Both the position numbers and the translations under genes were made by a program. The notes below the pieces were generated by a model. It saw only the letters and a program-made list of their open reading frames with translations. It did no database searches and was not told where the DNA came from. A DNA stretch of 64,000 bases, taken from NCBI RefSeq assembly GCF_009914755.1, contig NC_060939.1, one strand, 5' to 3'. Numbering within the stretch: the stretch's first letter is position 1; every line of letters starts with the position of its first letter. This stretch comes from the human T2T-CHM13v2.0 reference genome, Homo sapiens. Of the stretch, positions 14,182 to 36,928 are shown in pieces.

Positions 14182-14545
14182 CAGATGCTTCTCCACTTAT
14201 GACGGGATTATATTCCAATAAACCCATTTTAAGTTGAAAATATTGTAAATCAAAAATGCATTTAATACAGCTACTGAATGTGATAGCTTAGCCTAGCCTA
14301 CCTTAAACATCCTCAGAACACTTATACTAGCCTACAGTTGGGCAAAGTTGTCTAACACAAAGTCTATTTTATAATAAAGTGCTAAGTATCTTGTGTAATT
14401 TATTGAATACTGTACTGAAAGTGAAAAATAGAATGGTTGTATGGGTACTCAACAGTAAAATTTCTACTGAACGTAAATCACTTTTGCACCATCATAAAGT
14501 CAAAAAAAATCCTAAGTGGAACCATTGTCAGTCAGGGACTGTCTG
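14182..14545 (+). mobile_element. MER47A (Tigger-family non-autonomous DNA transposon)
   Basis: CAGATG...GTCTG termini, TA target duplication on both sides, internal cttagcctagcctaccttaaac motif. Confidence 0.85.
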
Positions 14546-14579
14546 TATAGCAGAAACAGCTAGTGTAAAAAATAGTTAT

Positions 14580-14850
14580 AATTGTATTATTCTGTTTATA
14601 TAAGATGTCCAGAAAGGGAAAATGTATAGAGACAGAAGGCAGATTGGTGTTTGCTGGGCTAGGGGTGAGAATGGTGATTAACTATAAATGATCATGAAGG
14701 ATCTTTTGGGGGTGATGAAAATGCTTTTAAATTGGATTATAATAATAGCTGCACACCTCAATAAATTTACTAAAAGTAATTGAAATGTACACTTGAAATG
14801 AGTGAATTTTATTATATGTAAATTATACTTCAAAAAAGTTGTAAAATAAT
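14580..14850 (+). mobile_element. L1MB/ME 3' end fragment
   Basis: tttatataagatgtccagaaagggaaaatgtatagagacagaaggcagattggtg...cttttgggggtgatgaaaatg. Confidence 0.75.
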
Positions 14851-15858
14851 CATGTATAATGTGAAAAAATCCAATAATAAAAACATGTCTTAACTCCCTT
14901 TCACAGCCAAGGAAATGGAGCTCATAGAGGCTAAGTAATTTGCCCAAACTCATGTACATAACTAGTTGGTGACAGGGTTAGCATATAAATCTAGTCCTAT
15001 TAAGCCAAAAGCAGTCGTTGTCAGAAACCTCTCCAGAGGAGGCATAGAAATGTATGCCAGGGAATAGATACCCTTCCACCTAGAGGGCATTTGCCTCTCT
15101 CTCTGAACCCTCTTCACTCTGTGAGGCAAAGATCAAGCTGAGTGGTGACCTAGGTGGCATTCCATAAACATAGTGCATCTGACGGGGCTGTGCAAGCCAT
15201 CTAGCTTCTGGCAGACCCTTTGGCTTCAATGGGGTTTTTAGTTTCAAGCAACAAAAATCAATCCTGCATGATTTAGCGGCAAAGGAATTGGGTAGCCCAC
15301 AGAATCATTATGTGAGTTGAGAACCAAGCTCAAAGTGGTGCAGCCAAGACCAATGCCCAAAATAATGCTGCAGAGGCAACCCAGTGAGAAGATTACTATT
15401 ACTAATGCTGCTGAGCATGCTAGACTCTGCTCCTTTCTTGACCAACACCACTGCTTTGGGAACTCAATTTGGCCACAACTGCACTGTTGCAAGAGAAAGA
15501 GAACTGACTGCTATCCTTGCTTCTTTGGGTTATTAGTTTCTGACTCAAAGCCATGCAGGTGCTTCTAATTAGAGGAGGGTAGCTCAAGCACCTGAATCCA
15601 AGTTGCAAGGGGGGATGGTGAAGTGACTATGTGATGACTTCTATCAGTTTCTAGAAAGTGAGAATCAGGCTTTACTTCTAAGACTCACATACCAGTGAAT
15701 TCTCCAAGCTTAGACAGTTCAGATGCTGGGCAGCTGGGAAAACAAAACAAAAACAAAAATTCCCCCCAAAACAGATATCCACTGCGTCATTGCAGAGTGG
15801 TCCATGGAGCAGCAGCATCAATATCAAATGGAAGCTTTTTAGAAATGCAGAATCTCAG

Positions 15859-16596
<738 letters not shown>

Positions 16597-16723
16597 GCTT
16601 TCTAACAAGCAGTCAGGTGATTTGTGTAAATATTACAGTTTGAGAAGTGTTACTCTATATTATAAGACATATTGTTTTAAAAAAAATTTTCAAGGATCAC
16701 TCATCATTATGCTCTACTCATCC

Positions 16724-16901
16724 GTAGGGTTACTAGATTTAATGCAGGACATGGCACTCAGTTAAATTTGAATTTTAGATAAGCAAGGAATAATTTTTAA
16801 AATAAGCATGTTCCATACAATATTTGTTATACTAAAAAATTATTCCTTGTTTATCTGAAATTCAAATTTAACTGGGCATCCTGTATTTTATCCAGTAACC
16901 A
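16724..16901. mobile_element. MER53 palindromic MITE
   Basis: cagttaaatttgaattttagataa ... ttatctgaaattcaaatttaactg inverted arms and agggtt.../...aacc termini. Confidence 0.8.
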
Positions 16902-17352
16902 TCCTTACAACCATCCACACAACCCTCACCTTATAATTAAGAAAAATGAAATAAAAGAATGGGAAATTAACATAACTGCCTACTGAAATGCATTTATATC
17001 AGTTTTCTGTTTTGGCATGGTAGACTGTAAGTGTCTTGAGAGCAGAACATGGAAACTGCACAAATCCAAACACACTCTGCCTTCTGCTTAAGCATTTGAT
17101 GCTTGAGGTCCTCTATAATTTGAAGGGTGAATGTTAACTGTTCTGTCAGGTAGGAGTTATTTTTTTAATATAGCTATGAATTTTAACTAATTTCACTTAA
17201 TGAGTTTTGACCAATAACACCTTTATCTCACCGAACCTGACCATATAAACTGAGTAAATAAAGAAAGTATGTGATGACTGGGTTATATCATTGCTGGGTT
17301 ACTTCTGGAGACTGCTATTATAACTTCATTTTCTTCCTAAAGAAAAGAGTTG

Positions 17353-18409
17353 GTCAAAAGCAAAACTTGACAAATGGGATCTAATTAAACTAAAGAGCTC
17401 CTGTACAGGAAAAGAAACTATCATCAGAGTGAACAGACAACCTGCAGAATGGGAGAACATTTTTGCAATCTATCCACCTGACAAAGGTCTAATATCCAAA
17501 ATTTACAAGGAACTTAAATTTACAAGAAAAAAAACCAAACAACCCCATTAAAAAGTGGGTAAAGGACATGAATAGACACTTCTCAAAAGCAGATATTTAT
17601 GTGGCCAAGTAACATATGAAGAAAAGCTGAACATCACTAATCATTAGAGAAATGCAAATCAAAACTACAGTGAAATACTGTCTCACGCCAGTTATAATGG
17701 TGATTATTAAAAAGTCAAGAAACAACAGATGCTGGTGAGGCTGTGGAGAAATAGGAACACTTTTACACTGTTGGTAGGAATGTAAATTAGTTCAACCATT
17801 GTGGAAGACAATGTGGTGATTCCTCAGAGACCTAGAACCAGAAATATCATTTGACCCAGCAATCCCATTACTGGGTATATACCCAAAGGAATATAAATCA
17901 TTCTATTATAAACATACACGCATGTGTATGTTCACTGTAGCACTATTCACAATAGCAAAGACATGGGATCGACCCAAATGCTCATCAATGATAGACTAGA
18001 TAAAGAAAATGTGCTATAGATATACCATGGTATACTATACAGCCACAAAAAGGAATGGGATCATGTTCTTTGCAGGAACATGGATAGAGCTGGAAGCCAT
18101 TATCCTCAGCAAACTAATGCAGGAATAGAAAACCAAACATAGTATGTTCTCACTTATAAGTGGGAGGTGAATAATGAGAACACATGGACAGAGGGAGGGG
18201 AACAACACGACTGGGGCCAGTCGGGGGTAGGGGAGCGGGGGGAGGGAGAGCCTCAGGATAAACAGCTAATGCATGTGGGGCTTAATCCCTAGGTGATGGG
18301 TTGATAGATGCAGAAAACCATCATGGCACAAGTTTGCCTATGTATCAAACATGCCTATGCATGTCCTGTACATGTATCCCAGAACCTAAAATAAAATTAA
18401 ACTTAAAAA
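17353..18409 (+). mobile_element. 5'-truncated L1PA (ORF2 end plus 3'UTR)
   Basis: gacaaatgggatctaattaaactaaagagc through the 3'UTR and A tail; 14-bp TSD AAAGAAAAGAGTTG (17339-17352 / 18410-18423). Confidence 0.93.
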
Positions 18410-18556
18410 AAAGAAAAGAGTTGCTGCCTATGCCCAAGAATTTTAGAAAAATAGCTTTCAAACATTCTGGGAAAGAGGCAGATTGTATATGTCAATCAGA
18501 ATTAGAAGTATCACATTCAGAAATCAAAGAAAACTTTTAGTACTTTAAAATGTAGC

Positions 18557-18890
<334 letters not shown>

Positions 18891-19323
18891 TTAACATTTA
18901 GCAAGTCCAGTTATTTCCAACCGGCCAATAGGCAATTTTGGGTAGTTGAGAGACATTGACTTTCCTTTTATAACCTGTTGTGTAGTTATCAGTGAGCCAC
19001 CTCCAATAGAGTTTACCAATAAAAATTTTCCATCTATCATACTCCCACCAAGGCTTATCTTATCCTGTTGGTGAGCAATGAAATGTCCAGGGACTGTGAG
19101 AGGGATTACAGTTCTAAGAAGCAGAATATTCTCTGGGACTAATGGGTGTTGGAAACCTAAACATGTATTTGCCCCCCTCTCCCAGAGTTTTTATATCACA
19201 TTTGCTTCCACTTTTTAATTCATTGTTTGCAAGCCCCACCCTAGAGGTAGATATCTGTGATGACTGAATGATGTACCCTGGCCTATAGGCCAGACCACAA
19301 ACAAGCTAGTTAACTAGTCTTAC

Positions 19324-19602
19324 TTTTTTTTTTTTTTTTGAGATAGAGTCTCACTCTGTTAACCAGGCTGGAGTGCAGTGGCATGATCTCAGCTCACTGC
19401 ATCCTCCGCCTCCCAGGTTCAAGCCTCCCAAGTAGCAGGATTACAGGCACGCAGCACCACACCCATCTAATTTTTGTGTTTTTAGTAGAGATGGGGTTTC
19501 ACCATGTTGGCCAGGGTGGTCTCGAACTCCTGACCTCAAGTGATCCACCCGCCTCGGCCTCCCCAAGTGCTGGGATTACAGGCGTGAGCCACCACGCCCG
19601 GC
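19324..19602 (-). mobile_element. AluS element with small internal deletion
   Basis: Antisense Alu consensus. Confidence 0.93.
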
Positions 19603-19696
19603 TAGCCTTTCTTTAAACATTAAATAATAATAGAGAAAACATTTATGAGTACATTTTCAGTCACCTACGCACACTATTTCTATAAAACAGCTAAGT

Positions 19697-20080
19697 ATAG
19701 CTATGTGTTACTTAACGATAGTATAAGTTCTGAGAAATGCATTATTAGGTGATTTTATCACTGTGCAATCATCATAGAGTGCACTTACACAAACCTAGAT
19801 GGTATAGCCTACTACACACCTAGGGTATGTGTTATAGCCTATTACTCCTAGGCTATAAACCTGTATAGTATGTTACTATACTGAATACTATATGCAGCTG
19901 GAATATAATGGTAATTATTTGTGTATCTAAACATAGAAAAGGTAATGCATTGTGCAAAGACATTAGAACAGTTACATCACTAGATGATAGAAAATTGTCA
20001 GCTCCATTATCATCTTATGGGACTACCATCATATATGCAACCCACCATTGACCAAAATGTCACTATGTGGTGCATCACTG
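19697..20080 (+). mobile_element. Tigger3-family (MER7/Golem) DNA transposon
   Basis: gttctgagaaatgcattattagg...acacaaacctagatggtatagcctactacacacctagg...ttatgggactaccatcatatatgc. Confidence 0.8.
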
Positions 20081-20194
20081 TATTTATAGTAGAGAACCAT
20101 TAGAAATTATATAAAGCCCCTTCCCCCGAACAGTGGACTTATTAAATAAATAATAGTATAGGCTTACGATGCAGCCATTAAAAATAACATTTTT

Positions 20195-20362
20195 GGCTGG
20201 GCATCGTGGCTCACACCTGTAATCCCAGCCCTTTGGGAGGCCGAAGTGGGAGGATAACTTGAGCCTAGCAAGTTGAAGCTGCAGTGAGCCATGATGGCAC
20301 GACTGCACTCCAGCCTGGGGGACAGAGTGAGACCCTGTCTCAAAAACAAACAAACAAAATAA
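20195..20362 (+). mobile_element. Monomeric Alu (FAM/FRAM-like)
   Basis: Single ~150-bp monomer with Alu 5' start and right-arm 3' end, (CAAA)n tail. Confidence 0.8.
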
Positions 20363-20997
20363 ACTTTTGCTGGGTTCCCTGTCACATCAGAAGGTAAGTA
20401 TAAAAGACTTCTAAGTCATGTCAAAAGAGACTCAGGAATAAACCTGAAGATGCTTCCATCGATCAAAGAGGTGAGGAAGAGCTTGAGCATGAATTCCATC
20501 CGTAATGGATAGATGCATGGTAAATATGTTTTAGTCAGCTCAGATTGATACTCTAAGACAAAAAAACCTCTGTTGGTACCTTTGGAAGATACAAGGAAAC
20601 CAACTTATTATTTAAAAAACTGGTAAATACAGAGAATGAATCAAGCGTCTAGTTCATTTCTCATATATAAATTGTACCTCAGGGTAACCCAATAGTTGAT
20701 GATAGGAGGTTTCTCTTTACAGAATATTTCAGCTAATAATTGATGTAGAAATGATAGAGTGTCATCATATTGTAACCCCTAGTGAAATAATGCAGCTAGG
20801 GAATGATCATTAATGATGACTAACTTTACAAAAAGATTAACAAGCAGACATATGTCTCCTACATTATCACATATCAAATATTCTTGCCAAAAATCAAACT
20901 AGAATTTGATCAAGCCTATATACCTAAATAATAACAAAATACAGAAGATAAAGAAACATATTAAATAACACTAAAGGAGTTACAATTAGAAAATTTA

Positions 20998-21311
<314 letters not shown>

Positions 21312-21413
21312 GGAAGGAAGGAAGGAATAAAGAAGGAGGGAGGGAGGAAGGAAGGAAGGAAGGAAGGAAGGAAGGAAGGAAGGAAGGAAGGAAGGAAGGA
21401 AGGAAGGAAGGAA
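21312..21413 (+). repeat. GGAA microsatellite: (GGAA)4, spacer, then uninterrupted (GGAA)17 at 21346-21413
   Basis: Counted directly from the sequence. Confidence 0.97.
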
Positions 21414-22501
21414 TTCACACTATGGAAAGTCCTATAGGACAAACAACTCAATTTTGCCTCAACAAATCCAATAAAAGAGAAGGAGGGAGAAGCAAAAGAT
21501 TAAGAGGCTTAAGACACATATCAAATAATACAACATGTGGACTTTATTTGGATCTCAATTTTGAACAAATTAACTATAATAAACATGAGACAATTGGGAG
21601 AAATCCGAACACTGAATACTTGACGATATTAAAACATTTAAATGAAAACTGTGAGATGTTACAATGATATTGTCATTATATTTTTTACAAGTGTCCTTAT
21701 CTTTTAGATGTAAATGAAGAAACATTTGTGAATGAAATAATTTGATGTTTGTTTCAAATTAATCTGGAGGTAGAAATGTTTCAATAAATGTTGAAGCTGG
21801 GTGGAGTTTCAAAGGGGTTCATTATACTGTTCTTTCTACTTTTTTATGTGTTTGAAAATTTTCCTAAAATAATGAGTTTATAAACTTGTATTGAGAGCAT
21901 AATCTTAAGTTTGTAATATATATTATGTATGTATACACATGCATGTACATAAACAAAGATTAGAAAAGAGAGGAAACACACCAAAAAATCTTTAGGTTGT
22001 CTCCTTACGATGATATTATAAATGAAATTTACATTCTTTCTTATTCTTATTTCTTTCTTCTTTTTTATTTAGGGAAAATAGATTTTAAGAGGCACAAGAT
22101 CCAGTTATTTTCAACTCTTTAACCTTGACAAATAATGAAGACCAGAAAAAAATTTTCTCAACTACTAGAAGTTGTCTTTATGCAGTGGAACTATATGAAA
22201 TTTTATTTCAGTTTTTTACATTTCTGTATTTTTCCATTTTTAATATAAAGGGACATCATTTTAGGATTCAGAAATCCAACAAACATTAAATCTAAAGGGA
22301 CAATTAATTTATGAAGGATAAACAAAATTATTTATGTATACAAGATTTTTAAAAAATACAGGTGCAGGCTTGGTGTGGTGGCTCACACCTGTAATCCCAG
22401 CACTTTGGGAGGCCGAGGCAGGTGGATCATCTGAGGTCAGGAATTTGAGACCATCTTGGCCAACATGGCAAAACCCCATCTCTACTAAAAAAAATACAAA
22501 A

Positions 22502-24930
<2,429 letters not shown>

Positions 24931-25228
24931 GAAAGTTCTGCTTTAATAAAGACATCAAAAAAAAAAAAAAAACATTAGCTGGGCGTGGTGGCACATGCCT
25001 GTAATCCTGGCTATTTAGGAGGCTGAGGCAGGAGACTTGCTTGAACTCAGGAGGCAGAGATTGCAGTGAGTCGAGATCGTGTCATTGCACTCTAATTTGG
25101 GCAAAAGAGTGAGACTCTGTCTCAAGAGAAACAAACAAACAAACAAGAAAAAACAAAAAAAATACAGGTGTAAGAAACATTATTTACATTTTACATGCCT
25201 GTTTGGCAGATTAACACTAAGGCAAGGA

Positions 25229-25321
25229 TGGCAAAACAAATCAGAGAACTTTTGATTCAACAAATGAATGCAATGAAGCTACATTTCTAAGAAAACTGTA
25301 TTATTTGGCTAAAAGGGAAAT
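25229..25321 (+). repeat. Dispersed direct repeat, copy 1 (93 bp)
   Basis: Ungapped match to 26646-26738 with 4 mismatches. Confidence 0.95.
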
Positions 25322-26645
25322 TAAGCACTGGACTAAGAGTATAGAGAAGGGCTGGCAAAGGAAACCAGGAAGGGGAAAAACCAAAGGGTAAATTTCAGAG
25401 TGTTTCAGAGAATCACTGGTTGGTTAAATCAGAGAAACTGAATTTTACTATCAAATGTAAGAAAGAGTAAGTTCAGAAAGAGATTATGCTTTTATGGTTT
25501 CATAGCCTACTTTTTTCTCCGTAACATCGATATAAGCCTTTTCCAATTGTAGGAAAAACTTTCTAAATTTCATTAAAAAAAACACGGTTAAAAAAATGCC
25601 ATAGATTTGAAAATTCTCTTGATCTACCATAATATGTTATTAATTCCTCCTCACTGGATATCTATTTTTAAATCTTATAAACATAATGCTTTTCTTTACA
25701 AATAAAACTTTTCCCCTATTTTCCTGAAAGTAGAAATTTTTTGTAAGTAGAATCACTAGGTCGAGAGTATGAGCATTTAGAAGGCTCTTGAGATATACTG
25801 AATAGTTGCTTTCCATAGTGGTTTTGGCTAATTATTAATTTACTAATTCCTAATCTACATTCAATCCAGCAGTGTTTATGGGTGCCTATAGCTGCATATT
25901 CACCGGCATTGATCATCATGCTTTTTAAAATATCCATGCTAATTTGGCAGTTGTAACATGGGATCTCATTTTACTTGCATATCCTTGATGGGTACTCACA
26001 TTAACTATTTTAAAGCTGTCTTTAATGAATATTCTGTTATGTACTTTGTCTTAAAATGTAAATCTTTTGAACTGTCTACTGTGTCTAGATCTTTGTTTCT
26101 ATTTGATTGACAGAATAAACAATGAACCCACTTACACATATTGACTAAAAGAGTCAGGTTTTAAGAACATTGCACTGGCATCTTTGAAATGCAGAGAACA
26201 AGTTCCCACTTGAGCATATGTGTTCCTCCCCACCCCCACTGTTTTACCTATTACTTCATGCTAATCATCCTAATGTTTCAGATAGTTCTTTTAAGTCCCC
26301 TACGTGTGTACCTAGCTGCAAATCAGTTCAATTTACAGATGGAGCAAAAAAACAACATGGATGTTATTGATGGGCCAGCCACATTCTTGTGCTTTGTCCT
26401 TCTGGGACCAATACCTTTTGAGGTGGTCAGGAACAGAAGACTGATCTGTGTGAAGAGACCCTTGCTTCTCTGAGAGAAGTTAACGGATCCTTTGGGGATA
26501 AGCCTATGATTTTGATTTCTCATTAGCATCGTGAGCTTCATTCAAGTGTGACTGACAGTCACACAAGTCAATACAGGAGCACTTTGGGAGAGCCAAGGTA
26601 GAGTTTTTTCTTATAGACTAACGCTTCTGTTCTTAGAGGGTTCAT

Positions 26646-26738
26646 TGGAAAAACAAATCAGAGCACTTTTGATTCAACAAATGAATGTAATGAAGCTACA
26701 TTTCTAAGAAAACTGCATTATTTGGCTAAAAGGGAAAT
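26646..26738 (+). repeat. Dispersed direct repeat, copy 2 (93 bp)
   Basis: Ungapped match to 25229-25321 with 4 mismatches. Confidence 0.95.
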
Positions 26739-27889
26739 AAAATACTAAATCCCTTGTTCAAATAAAAATGTTACTGAAGTAAATGAAAGTATATTCTAGA
26801 TGATTATTAATGCTTTCATTTTCACTTTCTTTAATTCTATTTTAAGTCATATCTAAAGACTAAATGCAACTCAGATTTAGAAAGCAAAGAAAATTTATAT
26901 ATTTGGCAGTTTTAATCCCACCAAGCATACTTTATGAAAACTTGAATAATGTCAAGATGGAACATATCAGATCATTAGAAATAGAGTGGAAGAGGGTAGC
27001 CAAAGACCCAGGAAATAATGAGCAAATCTCAACCACTATTTTCCTCAGCTTTCGTTCCCAATTCCAGAGGAAGTTGATATCCCTCCATGTAAAAGATGTT
27101 TAAAATATTCAATGGCATTCTTTCATTGTGCTACTGAACACAGTTTGAAGGTTTAAGGTGAACATTTAAGCTTAATGTTTAAAGATTAGAAACAATTAAA
27201 AAAAAAAAAACTCCAATAGGCTTATAATGCAAATGAATAGGAAAATTATACTAAGACATCTCAAATTTAAAGAAGAATGTCCCAATCACAAAAACTTAAT
27301 GTGTAATTGCATAAAAATGCCAGTGGAGTGAAATTAGAAATTCAACAGATGATCCCCAAATAAAATATTTCTGCATATATAAGAACAATTGTTCCCTAAC
27401 TCTTCTTAAATAAAAGTGTCAATAATTAAGTGCAATTTAAATCATCTAATCCAAATCAATCAATTCATTTTTATGAAATCACCCAGGGGAATCAAGACAA
27501 GGTAACTTTCACTGAAAATACAATTTCTCATTTAATTAATAAACAATTACTGAGAGATTATTGGCATTAGAAGGAAGACACATTTATTAATAAGAAAAAA
27601 TAAATACAATATAAACCTTTACCCTTGAAGAACTCCTGGTTGAAGGAAACTGATCATATGCAACTAAGAATTTGAGAATACTGACCATGATTTTTTGATG
27701 AATGTTCAAATAGACAACAGATTGACTATTATAATAGATTGAATTTGCCTAAGATGCCAGTGACTTGTAAGAAAACATTTACAAGATCTGACATGTGGTG
27801 AGAGCTGAACTTGGTGTCACATAGTGTCCTTTTTCTGGACTTTTCACCAGTAATAACTTTTGCTTTTAGCAACTATTTAAAAATGGTTA

Positions 27890-28180
<291 letters not shown>

Positions 28181-28337
28181 CTATTCAAGGTATCTACTCT
28201 GGTAGCCCGACTTAGGTTCATCTTAATTTTCCTGAGCTGTTAAGGACCTCACAGGGCCACTACTCTAAAGATATTGTTTCTCAAACTTTAGTGGGCATCA
28301 GAATCACAGGGAGGGCTTGTTAAAAAATAGGTTGCAG

Positions 28338-28633
28338 CAGGGCGCGGGGGCTCACACCTGTAATCCCAGCACTTTGGGAAGCCTAGACGGGCGGATCACA
28401 AGGTCAAGAGATTGAGACCATCCTGGCCAACATGGTGAAACCCTGTCTCTACTAAAAATACAAAGATTAGCCAGGTATGGTGGCATGCGCCTGTAGTCCC
28501 AGCTACTCGGGAGGCTGAGGCAGGAGAATCTCTTGAACCCAGGAGGGGAGGTTGCAGTGAGCGAGATTGGGCCACTGCACTCTAGCGTGAGTGACAGAGC
28601 GAGACTCCGTCTAGTCTCAAAAAACAAACAAAC
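28338..28633 (+). mobile_element. AluS(c-like) inserted in a MER5A (~28265-28790)
   Basis: TSD AAAAATAGGTTGC; flanks read catcagaatcacagggagggcttgttaaaa / tttctaattagttgccaggtgat. Confidence 0.9.
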
Positions 28634-28959
28634 AAAAATAGGTTGCTAGCCCAACCCTCAGAATTTCTGGAATGGAGTTCTACTCACTGAGTAGGTCTTG
28701 AATGGAGCCCCAAAATTTGGATTTCTAATTAGTTGCCAGGTGATAGTAATACTACTCATCCAAGAATCACAATATGAGAACCACTGTTCTAAGTGATATC
28801 TATTTGCTAGTTTTCAGAAGTAAGATAGTTGAGATCACAAGAAGAGTTGAGGAAACCAAGAAAGAATTTTCTTATTCCCATGAAAATCTCAGGCCTAGTT
28901 CTGTGTATTCATGTATTCAGCGCCATCTTTTCCCTTCTGCAGGGTTCTGGTATTGGGTG

Positions 28960-29134
28960 TCTTTTTTTTTTTTTCTTTTTCTTTTTTTTTTTTTTTTTGA
29001 GACGGAGTTTCGCTCTTGTCTCCCAGACTGGAGTGCAATGGCGCAATCTCGGCTCACTGAAACCTCTGCCTCCTGGGTCCAAGTGATTCTCCTGCCTCGG
29101 CCTCCTGAGTGGCTGGGATTACAGGCACCCACCA
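28960..29134 (-). mobile_element. Partial Alu (right arm)
   Basis: poly-T then gagacggagtttcgctcttg... Confidence 0.9.
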
Positions 29135-29453
29135 TCAGCATTTTGCTGCCCGATTCTTAAATATTACACACAGCCAACGAATATCAGAAGTTTGAGGGAA
29201 GTCTCTCTTGTGGGAGAGAGAAATTGAAATAACAAAAAGTGAATTGGTGAAAACAGAGACTAAAGAAGGAAAATAAAACTATATACAGTTAGACATATTT
29301 ACTATTTCTAGAGTTACATGTGAGATACATACATATATATGTAGTCAGGAGAAAGTTGCAACCATGAAACAAAAGCAGACAGAATAATTTTTTTTAAAAA
29401 GAAGAAATAGTGTTCAGGATATTAAAAAAAGAGCCTTAGGATTGAAAATAGGA

Positions 29454-29660
29454 GGCTGGGCATGGTGGCCCATGCCTGTAATCCTAACATTTTGGGAGGC
29501 CGAGGTGGATGGATTTCCTGAGCTCAGGAGTTTGGGACCAGCCTGGGCAAAACCAGTGAAATCCTGTATCTACTTAAAAAAATAAAAATAAAAATAAAGA
29601 AAAAGCAAAAGAAAAGAAAATAGAAAAGTAGAAATGAAAAAAAAAAGATTAGAAAAGAAA
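29454..29660 (+). mobile_element. Alu left monomer (FLAM-like) with long A-rich tail
   Basis: ggctgggcatggtggcccatgcctgtaatcc...cctgtatctact then A-rich tract. Confidence 0.85.
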
Positions 29661-30020
29661 ATTAAGGAAATTTAAGCAGAAAGACATAGAAGACCAGTTC
29701 AAGAAGTTCAGAATTCAAATAGTAAGAGCTCAGAAAAAAAAAAAGTAAATGAAATAATCTAAGAAAAATTCTCTGAATTGAAGTATAAATTACCAAATTG
29801 AATGAATTCATCAAGTGGACACCACAATGGATAAAAATAGATCTACACCAAAGTCTGTGATCAGGAAATCTGAATACACAGCAGACAAAGAGAAGACCTT
29901 TAAGCTTCCAGACAGGACACAAAAGAAGACAAATAGAAAGGACTGAAAGTAAAAAATGGAATCCATTGTTTTACAACAACATTGGAAGCAAGCGGGCAAT
30001 GGAACGAGACTTTCAAAGAT
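29660..30020 (+). mobile_element. Ancient L1/HAL1 ORF1-like remnant
   Basis: A-rich decayed ORF1-like sequence (agatctacaccaaag...aaagagaagacctttaagcttccaga...aacaacattggaagcaag). Confidence 0.5.
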
Positions 30021-30022
30021 TC

Positions 30023-35958
<5,936 letters not shown>

Positions 35959-36427
35959 GTCACCAAAGATCAGATCTCTATGCATGTTTGTTTTCTTGAT
36001 GTCTTCTTTATTTTAACCCGGCTAGACTTGTATTTGGAAGATGGCTACCCACCATCCAGGGGACCCGTTTTTTTGAGGACATGCAGAAAGAATGGGTTAC
36101 CTCTGAAGCGCTCTCAGAAAATGAAAGAAAAACTTTTCCCAACAAAGACCAGGAAATTGCTCCTCTCATTGGCCCAAATATGTTACGCTCATTGCCAGCC
36201 AATAACTGTGGCAGGGAATGGGATTCTGCTGATTTAGGTTGGAATTATGCTACGTTGCTTAGATTGGGACCACATGCCCCTGTAAGTAGGCAGAGCAGGG
36301 ATGTGACTCAGAACTGGGCTTGTTTACCAAGATAAGGAAGAGTGGATACTGGGGAGTCTAGGCCACCATAAGTTTCAGGTACAGCCAATGCAAAGCCTTG
36401 GAAATCCACCTGACAGCTCCGGTTGTA

Positions 36428-36764
36428 CCGTCCGCCCTCCGTATCTGGGGTTTCCAAATTCCGGGATTCAATCAACTGAAAACAAAAAATGTAGTTAGGC
36501 TTACCAGGCCTGAAAATACATGAAAATATAGAGCCTAAAATATAGCCTGAAAATGTACTGAAAATATAGAGATTTCTTTGGATGATTATTTCCTAAATAC
36601 ACCTTAACAACTATTCACATAGCATTTGCATTGTATTAGGTTTTATAAGTAATCTAGATATGATTTAAAGTATATGGGGAAACACACCATTTTTATGTAA
36701 GAGACTTGAACATCTTAGAAAATCCAGAGTCTGGGAACCAATCCCACGGATATAGAGACAACTG
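36428..36764 (-). mobile_element. MER2-type Tigger DNA transposon
   Basis: cacatagcatttgcattgtattaggttttataagtaatctagatatgatttaaagtata and ggaaccaatcccacggatat near the terminus. Confidence 0.8.
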
Positions 36765-36928
36765 TACTAACTACAGTAATGGCATATGGTAGCTGAATCT
36801 ACCTCTCTTTCCATCCCAGTCCGGAATCCAAAGGCTCCTTCTTGCCATGTTGTCCTCGGGCGTTGGCTGCTTCCTCCCATTTGTTACTTTGGAAGTGTCT
36901 TCTTTCCTCAGTGTTTCTTCTGCGTGGG

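Noticed and set aside
12419-15095. CTCF-like motifs (TCAGCAGGCGGTC ~12426; CACCTAGAGGGCA ~15077)
   Set aside because: Mismatches at core positions; not supportable without a PWM score or ChIP data.
26189-26473. 94-aa ATG ORF between the two 93-bp repeats as cargo of an LTR-like element
   Set aside because: No homology recognised; the repeats lack TG..CA ends, PBS/PPT and TSD, and the spacer includes much older decayed DNA.
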